From assembly GCA_016223245.1 (NCBI GenBank), contig JACRPL010000021.1, positions 37,725 to 101,724 on the forward strand: a stretch of 64,000 bases of DNA, given 5' to 3'. Both the position numbers and the translations under genes were made by a program. This DNA is from Candidatus Saganbacteria bacterium (lineage in GTDB: Bacteria; Margulisbacteria; WOR-1; XYC2-FULL-46-14; XYC2-FULL-37-10). Shown piece after piece: positions 18,635-25,834 of this stretch. Positions within the stretch are counted from its first letter, which is position 1, and each line of letters starts with the position of its first letter. The notes under the pieces are model-generated. The model worked only from the letters and a program-made list of their open reading frames with translations. It was not told the origin of the DNA and searched no databases.

Positions 18635-19393
18635 TTGATCAATACGAATTTATATATTAAACCCGGGCAGTTAAGACCCTTAGGGCTTGGAAAAGTTGAA
18701 CAGAGAATGGTACTAAATGTTGTAAATGGAATTGGGCGCCTCGAAAGCCGTTTTCTTTTGCTTTTCCATATATTTTATTTCAGCAAGGGCAAAATGGATG
18801 TTTGCCAGCATGCAGCTTTCGCGTTATCGCGAGTGCTTGGAGCAAGATATGATCTTCCGGTGTCCAACACTTTGAAGCCAAATATTGATCATATAGAAAT
18901 AGCAGTCGGGGTATTTGCTCCGCAGGATCTTTCGAGATCCTTTCATCAGACATTTTTAAAAGTGTTTCTTAAAGGCAAGACATTTTACCTCGATCCAACC
19001 CTTAAGTATTTAGAGGAGGATGTCCCATCGATCATTTTGCGCGAATATCCGGCTGGCGAATTCGACAGCCGCCTTCAAAATGAATTCATGATAGAACCGT
19101 ACGCTCCAAACCATCGTGCTTATGCGCACCGTGCCATAATTGCAAGCCAGTACCTTGATCTCGGAAGCCGTGCAAAATACGTTGAGGCATCGTTACGATT
19201 GCTGCATGATCCAAAACTGGTCGTTGATGTTGACCAACGCGAAGCGATATATTTCAGCCAGGATGACTGGACTAGACTTGATAGGATAATAAGAGCTATT
19301 GAACCAAAGGGAGGCCTTCCTTCTATTGAAACACAAGTTGAACAATTATCTGGTGATGAACTTTTGCGCTGGAGTGTATTTGGCGGCATTTAG
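18635..19393 (+). CDS. Hypothetical protein, possible transglutaminase-like/papain-like Cys-His-Asp fold
   Basis: 252 aa. Ordered candidate triad: C in KMDVCQHAAFALSRVLG, H in IDHIEIAVGVF, D in TFYLDPT. Start uncertain (TTG 18635 or ATG 18707). Confidence 0.45.
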   Translation: MINTNLYIKPGQLRPLGLGKVEQRMVLNVVNGIGRLESRFLLLFHIFYFSKGKMDVCQHAAFALSRVLGARYDLPVSNTLKPNIDHIEIAVGVFAPQDLSRSFHQTFLKVFLKGKTFYLDPTLKYLEEDVPSIILREYPAGEFDSRLQNEFMIEPYAPNHRAYAHRAIIASQYLDLGSRAKYVEASLRLLHDPKLVVDVDQREAIYFSQDDWTRLDRIIRAIEPKGGLPSIETQVEQLSGDELLRWSVFGGI

Positions 19394-19399
19394 TCCAGC

Positions 19400-22180
19400 T
19401 CACTTCGCTTCCGCCCAGTTCTCCCCAACTCCAATATCAATTTTTAGAGGGACAGAAAGCTTTAAGGCATTCTGCATTTCATCTTGGATGATCTTTTTAA
19501 CTTTATCGACTTCAGAATTCGGGACTTCGAAGACCAATTCGTCGTGGACCTGCAGGATCATTTGACATTTGACACTTGACATTTGACATTTGCGATGGAT
19601 ATTTACCATCGCTAACTTTATCATATCGGCTGCGGTTCCTTGGACTGGAGTATTTATAGCCGTTCTCTCGGCAAAACCTCTCATTCCTTGATTGGGAGAA
19701 TTAATATCGGGTAGGGGGCGTTTTCGCCCAAGCATCGTTGTTACAAATCCTGTATCTTTAGCATCTTTAATAGTTTTTTCTATAAAAGCCTTTATGCCGG
19801 GATATCTTTTGAAATATTTTTCAATAAATTGCTCGGCTTCCGTTCTTTTGATCTTTAAACTTTTAGCCAAGCCAAAACCGGATATCCCGTAAATGATCCC
19901 AAAATTAACTGTTTTAGCGCTTGATCTCATTTCTTTTGTAACTTTATCAAGAGGTACATTGAAGATATCGGCAGCCGTTGCAGTATGGATATCTTCATCC
20001 AATTTGAAAGCCTCAATAAATTTTTCATCTTGTGAAAGATGCGCGAGAACCCTTAATTCAATTTGAGAATAATCGGCCGCAATTATCTTATATCCTTTAT
20101 TTTGCGGGACAAATGCTTCTCTTACTCTTTTTCCAAGTTCGGATTTTACGGGAATATTCTGCATATTTGGATTTGAGCTCGATAACCTGCCTGTCGCAGT
20201 GATCGTTTGGTTGAAATTTGCATGAACGCGTCCGGTTTCTTTATTTATTAGTTCCGGCAAAGTATCAACGTAGGTTGATTTGAGTTTGTTCAATCCTCGA
20301 TATTCCAGAAGTTTTTCAGCGATCTCAAATTGGCCGGACAATTCTTCCAATACTTCCGCATCTGTTGAAGCGCCTGTTTTTGTTTTCTTAATTATGGGCA
20401 GCTTTAGTTTCTCAAATAAAACTACAGCCAATTGCTTTGGAGAGTTCAAATTGAAAACTTCTCCGCATATGGCAAAGATGTGCCGCTCAAGATCTTTCAT
20501 TGCAAGTTCGATCTCTTGGCTAAGTTTCTTTAAGTATTTGGCATCGATGAAAACACCTGTCTCTTCCATTTTGATCAACACATCAAGCAATGGCATCTCA
20601 ATTTTGTTAAAGACATCCTCCATATTTTCCGACTTGAGAGTTTTCTCAAAGACTTCTTTTAACCCGCGAGTCACATCGGCATCCGAACATGCGTAATCTT
20701 TCGCGACATCTATCGGAACTGTTGCGAAGTTGCCTTCAGACCCAAGTTCATCGAAGTTTATCATTTCTGTTCGGCCAAGATACTGCGCGCCGACTTTCTT
20801 TAAACTATACCTGCCGATAGTCGGGTCGATCAAATATGCGGCTACCATGGTGTCGAAATAGGGTGACGATACTTCAATATCGTATTTTTTCATCACCTCG
20901 ACGTCGTACTTTAAATTATGTCCGATCTTGAGCTTGGTTTTATCTTCAAAAATCGGTTTTAGCGCAGTTAATGCCATTTTAATATTAACTTGCGGCTGAA
21001 CGCCGCGGTTAATGCTTTTGGAACCGCGAGCCGTGCCTACCGGCAGGCAGGGTTCACTCGCAGGTTCCACCTTGTGCCCAAAAGGCAAATAAAAAGCTTC
21101 GCTTTCGTCAATTGAAAAAGATATACCTATAAGATTTGCTTTGAAAGTATTGAGGCTGTCTGTCTCGGTATCAAAGGCAAAAGACTCGCATTCTTTTAAT
21201 TTATGGATTAGGTTTTGATAATGATTATCATTATCAATTAGCTTGAAGTTGAATTTCGAAATTTCTTTCCTTTTTGTCTCAACCTTGTCGAATAGATTGG
21301 GGGTTTGATGCTCCTTGTATTTGTTTATCAGAGTCTTGAATTCCATTCGTTCGAAGAATTTAATGACTTTTTCCCAGTCCGGGGTTTGAGTTGATGTGAA
21401 ATCGGTTTCGAGTGGTACGTCAGTTATAATCGTTACCAGCATTTTGCTCAAATGCGCTTTTTCTTGTTCGTTCAATAATGTTTCGCGAAGCTTTGGCTTT
21501 TCGATATCTTTGGCATGAGCTAATAAATTATCAAGTGTATGATATTTTTTTAATAGTTCAGCGGCTGTTTTATCTCCGATCCCGGGCATTCCCGGGACAT
21601 TGTCAGATGTATCGCCTTTTAAAGCTTTAAAATCAATTAATTGGTTTGGTTTGAGGCCATATCTTTCCTCAACTGCTTTTTCGTCATAGATAACTATGTC
21701 GGAGATCCCTTTCCTGGTAGTCATTACTTTTATTTTCTCTGTTACAAGCTGTAATGCGTCGCTGTCGCCTGTTACTATTTCTACTTCAAAGCCTTCTTTT
21801 TCTGCCTTCTTGGCCAAAGTTCCTATGAGATCGTCGGCTTCAAAGCCTACTAATTCATAGATCGGGATATTTAGGTCTTCGACCAGTTCTTTTATATACG
21901 GAAATTGAGGATGGAGGGTGGGAGGCGCTTTATCTCTTGTTCCCTTGTATTCTTTGTATTTTATATGGCGGAAGGTCGGTTCTTTCCTGTCGAAAGCGAC
22001 TGCAATATAATCCGGTTTTTCCTCGACAAGCTTTAGGATCATCGAAGTGAAGCCATATATGGCATTAGTTACTATGCCTTCGGAGTTCTTCATGGTGTCT
22101 GGAAGCGCATAAAAAGCGCGGTAGGCAAGCGAGTTGCCGTCGATCAGGATTGCTTTAGGGTTGTATAAAGATTTGACCAA
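19400..22180 (-). CDS. polA: DNA polymerase I
   Basis: 926 aa with 5'-nuclease (ILIDGNSLAYRAFYA), 3'-5' exonuclease and polymerase domains (RRSAKTVNFGIIYG-type motif B, QVHDELVFE motif C). The TTG start abuts the HEPN stop. Confidence 0.95.
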   Translation of the reverse strand: MVKSLYNPKAILIDGNSLAYRAFYALPDTMKNSEGIVTNAIYGFTSMILKLVEEKPDYIAVAFDRKEPTFRHIKYKEYKGTRDKAPPTLHPQFPYIKELVEDLNIPIYELVGFEADDLIGTLAKKAEKEGFEVEIVTGDSDALQLVTEKIKVMTTRKGISDIVIYDEKAVEERYGLKPNQLIDFKALKGDTSDNVPGMPGIGDKTAAELLKKYHTLDNLLAHAKDIEKPKLRETLLNEQEKAHLSKMLVTIITDVPLETDFTSTQTPDWEKVIKFFERMEFKTLINKYKEHQTPNLFDKVETKRKEISKFNFKLIDNDNHYQNLIHKLKECESFAFDTETDSLNTFKANLIGISFSIDESEAFYLPFGHKVEPASEPCLPVGTARGSKSINRGVQPQVNIKMALTALKPIFEDKTKLKIGHNLKYDVEVMKKYDIEVSSPYFDTMVAAYLIDPTIGRYSLKKVGAQYLGRTEMINFDELGSEGNFATVPIDVAKDYACSDADVTRGLKEVFEKTLKSENMEDVFNKIEMPLLDVLIKMEETGVFIDAKYLKKLSQEIELAMKDLERHIFAICGEVFNLNSPKQLAVVLFEKLKLPIIKKTKTGASTDAEVLEELSGQFEIAEKLLEYRGLNKLKSTYVDTLPELINKETGRVHANFNQTITATGRLSSSNPNMQNIPVKSELGKRVREAFVPQNKGYKIIAADYSQIELRVLAHLSQDEKFIEAFKLDEDIHTATAADIFNVPLDKVTKEMRSSAKTVNFGIIYGISGFGLAKSLKIKRTEAEQFIEKYFKRYPGIKAFIEKTIKDAKDTGFVTTMLGRKRPLPDINSPNQGMRGFAERTAINTPVQGTAADMIKLAMVNIHRKCQMSSVKCQMILQVHDELVFEVPNSEVDKVKKIIQDEMQNALKLSVPLKIDIGVGENWAEAK
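19559..19592. repeat. Dispersed oligo-repeat, GACAAATGTCAAAT family, in frame inside polA
   Basis: catttgacatttgacacttgacatttgacatttg encodes (minus strand) KCQMSSVKCQM, directly before the conserved ILQVHDELVFE motif. Confidence 0.8.
21020..21068. repeat. CCTGCC/GGCAGG-type palindromic element in frame inside polA
   Basis: ggaaccgcgag-ccg-tgcct-accggc-aggca-gggttca-ctcgc-a-ggttcc, three nested stems. Encodes VEPASEPCLPVGTARGSKS between the exonuclease motifs. Confidence 0.7.
22095..22159. repeat. 65-bp direct repeat, copy 1 (codons 2-23 of the original polA, now in the live gene)
   Basis: 60 of 65 nt are identical to 23100-23164. Confidence 0.9.
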
Positions 22181-22582
22181 TTATAAAAACTCTTTAATTC
22201 GTTTTTTTAATAACAGGGCTAATTTCTTTGTTGTCTTAATAACTTTTTTTAATTCTTCCGAGGTAATGTCTTCTCCTGGATACCTAAAACCAACGGCATA
22301 GGGATTTAATATCTTGAATTCAGAATATATTCCATACAAAAATGGGTCTTTTGGCTGGAGCAGTTTTAATAATTCAATTAGGTCATGTGTTTTAGGGAAT
22401 AATATCTCATGGCTGAGAAGTAATGTTTTTAGGTATTTTTCGATTGCTTGCTGGCAATGGAAAGCAATGATATAGAATGTTTTCTTTTTGCTTTTGTTTT
22501 TATTTAATGTTAACGCGGCTTCTAAGTCTCCCTCAGCCTTATCCTCCCACTCAATAACCAAGGATTTACTTGGATGAATCAT
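22181..22582 (-). CDS. HEPN-domain toxin (HepT-like) of an MNT/HEPN module
   Basis: 133 aa all-helical protein with QQAIEKYLK, KTHDL and RYPG motifs typical of HEPN. Overlaps the MNT gene by 17 nt. Confidence 0.75.
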   Translation of the reverse strand: MIHPSKSLVIEWEDKAEGDLEAALTLNKNKSKKKTFYIIAFHCQQAIEKYLKTLLLSHEILFPKTHDLIELLKLLQPKDPFLYGIYSEFKILNPYAVGFRYPGEDITSEELKKVIKTTKKLALLLKKRIKEFL

Positions 22583-22931
22583 ATAAGACTTTGCCCTTAT
22601 TTATTATTTCATGATAAAAAGGATCTCCCATTTTAAGTCGTTTTTTTACTTCACTAGGAGTTTTGATTAAGATGTCCATTGGAAAAAGATGCTCGATGTG
22701 TCGAGTTGCCCATGAATAACGCTTCATACCTTTCAACCTTGTATCTTTTATGAACAATAAATCAACATCGCTATCTTTGTTGGGATTTCCATAAGCATAT
22801 GATCCAAAAAGAATAACCTTTTCCGGTTTTATACTCTCCGCCGCAGTTTTAATTACTTTTGTTAGCTGCCGCTTAAAAAGTCGTTGCTTTGTCATAGTTG
22901 TTTGCCTTGTGAATATTATAGCATGAAACAT
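22566..22931 (-). CDS. Minimal nucleotidyltransferase antitoxin (MntA-like)
   Basis: GSYAYGNPNKDSDVDLLF is the classic GSx10DxD MNT motif. The likely true start is Met13 (22895), downstream of a TGcTATAAT box. Confidence 0.8.
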   Translation of the reverse strand: MFHAIIFTRQTTMTKQRLFKRQLTKVIKTAAESIKPEKVILFGSYAYGNPNKDSDVDLLFIKDTRLKGMKRYSWATRHIEHLFPMDILIKTPSEVKKRLKMGDPFYHEIINKGKVLYDSSK

Positions 22932-22940
22932 AAAATAGCA

Positions 22941-22967
22941 TTGACATTTTCTGGGGGGGGGTAGAAT
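22941..22967 (+). promoter_or_regulatory. Promoter-like TTGACA-N15-TAGAAT with a G9 homopolymer in the spacer
   Basis: TTGACA 22941-46, TAGAAT 22962-67. The spacer ttttct+GGGGGGGGG (G-run 22953-22961) is 2 nt shorter than optimal. Confidence 0.35.
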
Positions 22968-23025
22968 AAAAAAACAGAATATCAGAAGATCAGAGCGTCG
23001 GAATATAAATAGGAGGTGAAAAATT

Positions 23026-23151
23026 ATGTCAGAAATTTTAGGTTCCAGTTTTCACAAACCTGATCCGAGGAAATCGGCCAACTTTAAAGAGACTGCTGTG
23101 TGTCTGGAAGCGCGTAAAAAGCGAGATAGGCAAGCGAGTTGCCGTCGATAA
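23026..23151 (+). CDS. Small ORF (41 aa) with a consensus Shine-Dalgarno, antisense to the polA fossil
   Basis: AGGAGGTG lies 7 nt before the ATG. Encodes MSEILGSSFHKPDPRKSANFKETAVCLEARKKRDRQASCRR. Hand-translated. Coding status uncertain. Confidence 0.25.
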   Translation: MSEILGSSFHKPDPRKSANFKETAVCLEARKKRDRQASCRR

Positions 23152-23167
23152 GAATTGCTTTAGGCAT
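23084..23167 (-). pseudogene. polA: Fossil 5' end of polA (27 codons then stop), left behind by the cassette insertion
   Basis: Minus strand ATG CCT AAA GCA ATT... gives MPKAILIDGNSLAYLAFYALPDTQQSL*. Located 25 nt downstream of the tsf stop. Confidence 0.7.
23100..23164. repeat. 65-bp direct repeat, copy 2 (in the fossil polA start)
   Basis: Five differences from 22095-22159. Four are synonymous in the polA frame. Confidence 0.9.
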
Positions 23168-23192
23168 TGAACCTATTTTATCACAAAATAGA

Positions 23193-23795
23193 TTACGACT
23201 TCTCGCCTAGTTGGTATCTTGTAAATCGCCTTACAACGATGTTTTCGCCGATCTTTGCGGATAGTTCGCCTAAAAGGTCCTTTATCTTGACTTTTGGATC
23301 CTTGATAAAAGCCTGGTCCATTAAGCATACTTCTTCGTAAAACTTCTCGAGGCGTCCGATCATGATCTTTTCCATGGCGGCCGCAGGCTTCTTTTCCGTT
23401 TCTGCCTGTTTGAGCAATACTTCTTTCTCATGTTCTATCGAGGCTTCGGGAACTTCGCTTCTTGTGATATATTGCGGATTCTGCGCGGCTATTTGCATCG
23501 AGACGTCTTTTGCGAAATTATGGAAATCGGAATTCTTGGCGACGAAATCCGTTTCGCAATTGAGTTCGAGCAATACTCCAAGTTTTCCACCCATATGTAT
23601 GTAAGAGTTGATAATCCCTTGTGCGGCAACACGTTTCGCGCGTTTGGCAACAGATGCCAAACCTTTTTGCCTCAAAAGATCGACAGCTTGATCAATGTTG
23701 CCTTTGGTCTCGACCAAAGCTTTCTTGCAATCCATCATCCCGCAGCCTGTCTTTTCCCTTAGCTGTACGATTATTTCAGTTGTGATGTCGCCCAT
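23193..23795 (-). CDS. tsf: Elongation factor Ts (short form)
   Basis: UBA-like N-terminus LREKTGCGMMDCKKALVE and the EF-Ts core. 200 aa. Confidence 0.93.
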   Translation of the reverse strand: MGDITTEIIVQLREKTGCGMMDCKKALVETKGNIDQAVDLLRQKGLASVAKRAKRVAAQGIINSYIHMGGKLGVLLELNCETDFVAKNSDFHNFAKDVSMQIAAQNPQYITRSEVPEASIEHEKEVLLKQAETEKKPAAAMEKIMIGRLEKFYEEVCLMDQAFIKDPKVKIKDLLGELSAKIGENIVVRRFTRYQLGEKS

Positions 23796-24665
23796 TTAAA
23801 ATCCAACCCTTTCTTCGGTTTCTTTTTCTTTGACCAATACTTTAGGAGCAAGTTCCGCCAGCCTTTCTTCTTCGCTTAACATCATAGCTTCTTCCATGGT
23901 GGTTTCTTCTGTTTCGGCAGGCTTTGCTTCTCCTTCTTCCGCGGGAACGGCAATTTCTATAGTTCTTTCTTCGATCGGTTTGCCCATTTCACGGCCTGCA
24001 ATAACTGCTTCAGCGACGATTGCTGTCAATAACTTGATCGAGCGGATAGCGTCGTCATTTGCCGGAATAGGGAAGTCGACAACATCAGGATCGCAGTTTG
24101 TATCGACTACAGCGACAACTGGGATGTCTAGCCTTTTTGCTTCGGCGATCGCCGTTGCTTCTTTTTGCGAGTCTACGATAAATATGACGCTTGGAGGATT
24201 GACCATTTCACGGATACCGCCAAGGCCTCGGACTAGCTTCCCGTATTCTCGTTCAATACCTGCAACTTCTTTTTTCGGTAACTTTTCATAAGTGCCGTCA
24301 GTCTTCATTTTTTCAATTTCTTTCATACGGACGATGTTCTTCTTTAATGTTTTGAAATTGGTGAGTGTTCCGCCAAGCCATCTGTCCCTGACATAGAACA
24401 TGCCGCAGCGTTTTGCTTCTTCTTCGATAGCGTCCTGGGCTTGTTTCTTTGTTCCTACAAATAAAACAGTACCGTTGTCTTTTACCGCGTTCTTGATGAA
24501 ATCACATGCTTTTTCGATCAACGGAATGGTCTTGTGAAGGTCGATAACATGGATGTTATTTCTCGACGAATAAATATACTTTCCCATTTTTGGATTCCAA
24601 CGTTTACTTTGGTGCCCGAAATGAACCCCCGCTTCGAGCAACTCTTTCATGGTTACTACTGGCAT
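23796..24665 (-). CDS. rpsB: 30S ribosomal protein S2 with an acidic C-terminal tail
   Basis: [19 protein letters not shown] and the rest of the S2 fold. Abuts tsf. Confidence 0.95.
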   Translation of the reverse strand: MPVVTMKELLEAGVHFGHQSKRWNPKMGKYIYSSRNNIHVIDLHKTIPLIEKACDFIKNAVKDNGTVLFVGTKKQAQDAIEEEAKRCGMFYVRDRWLGGTLTNFKTLKKNIVRMKEIEKMKTDGTYEKLPKKEVAGIEREYGKLVRGLGGIREMVNPPSVIFIVDSQKEATAIAEAKRLDIPVVAVVDTNCDPDVVDFPIPANDDAIRSIKLLTAIVAEAVIAGREMGKPIEERTIEIAVPAEEGEAKPAETEETTMEEAMMLSEEERLAELAPKVLVKEKETEERVGF

Positions 24666-24911
24666 TGCTTCCTCCTTAAATTATTAGGTCTATAGTTTTT
24701 CAAGCAGACAAACAATAATTTTATCACAGAATTGGCTTTTTTGCCAATGAAATTTGGACGGGATTGGACGATAATAACATAGAGAGCTCCGAAAAATTTG
24801 CAAGATAAAAAATATAGCAATTAATATGGTTGTTTTTTAAATCTGCCTGCCTTGGCTCGATCTTATAGCGTTCTCCTTTCATCACGATTTCATATTCCTC
24901 AAACCTGCGCT

Positions 24912-24929
24912 CGGCAGGATATCCTGCCG
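24912..24929. repeat. Perfect 18-nt palindrome of the CCTGCC/GGCAGG family (intergenic)
   Basis: cggcaggatatcctgccg, with ctgcctgcc also at 24843-24851. Confidence 0.7.
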
Positions 24930-25229
24930 GGCAAAAAAGGATTGATCATTTTGCCGACAATCTTTTTTTTCCTCATTTTTTTGTTTTTTCCCTTCTTCGT
25001 CAAAATACTCATCTTTCCTTTCTTCCAATATCCTGTCCAGGCTACCAGACAATAAGGAAAGGTTCCATCAGTCGCTTGATAACAAAACTCCTTGGCAGGT
25101 TTACTGCGGAGGGATCGTTGAAGGCTATGAAGTCCAGCCTTTAATGAGTGAGGTTTTCTATCTTAATTGTAGCAAGGAATTGGTCTTGACAAACCCGACC
25201 ACTTCACTTGGGGCATTAAAAAGGTAGGA

Positions 25230-25832
25230 TTATTTAACTAAAGCCATTCTGGACCAAAATGCAACGGCTCGCGCATATGCTTTAAGATCAATTGGCACAG
25301 GATTCGCAACTCCTCCAAAGTCTATTCCCAAACCATTTCTTAAAATCGTAATCGGCAGCATCGGTTCTTCTTTGCAGCCTGTAATGCCATTAATTGAAAT
25401 GATTCCCCAATTGGAATCAGCTGGATCAATTGCCTCGCCTTCAGTTTTAAGTTCTTCACTTGTATAAAGAATGATATCTAAATACGGCGCCTTGGGAGGG
25501 ACAACATCAGCTGAATCGAACCATCTTGTAAGTACTGGAAGCTCTTCCGTCTTGCGCGCAACATAACCCGTTTTAATAAATTTTTCATTGGCAGCCGTTA
25601 TTTCAACGACCCCGGCTCTTGCATCCGTAAAGTTCTCAAGAAATAAATGCGCGCAAAAAGAGACATAACCTGGCGTTAGCGATTTTCCTTGAGCCAATTG
25701 GTTCGCTTTATTCGTAAAAGCATTAGAATCTATATTACCAATTTTTGTTCCAGGAAATTCCGGGTTAAAATGCCTTCCTGCAGCAAACTGGGTCATTCCA
25801 ATTTTTATCATATTTCCAGCGGCAACATCCAT
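25230..25832 (-). CDS. Hypothetical 200-aa protein (DUF3228-like, from memory), translationally coupled to the 1091-aa gene
   Basis: ATG lies 2 nt after the upstream stop, with AGGAGG embedded in the upstream gene's 3' end. No catalytic motif recognised. Confidence 0.5.
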   Translation of the reverse strand: MDVAAGNMIKIGMTQFAAGRHFNPEFPGTKIGNIDSNAFTNKANQLAQGKSLTPGYVSFCAHLFLENFTDARAGVVEITAANEKFIKTGYVARKTEELPVLTRWFDSADVVPPKAPYLDIILYTSEELKTEGEAIDPADSNWGIISINGITGCKEEPMLPITILRNGLGIDFGGVANPVPIDLKAYARAVAFWSRMALVK

Positions 25833-25834
25833 TT

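Noticed and set aside
24852-25055. 67-aa plus-strand ORF in the rpsB upstream gap
   Set aside because: It has a Phe/Leu/Ile-rich low-complexity translation of T-tracts and no ribosome-binding site.
25293-25308. Sigma-54 promoter-like TGGCAC-N5-TCGCA
   Set aside because: It lies on the plus strand inside, and antisense to, the 200-aa gene, with no downstream plus-strand gene. TCGCA also deviates from TTGCA. Probably chance.
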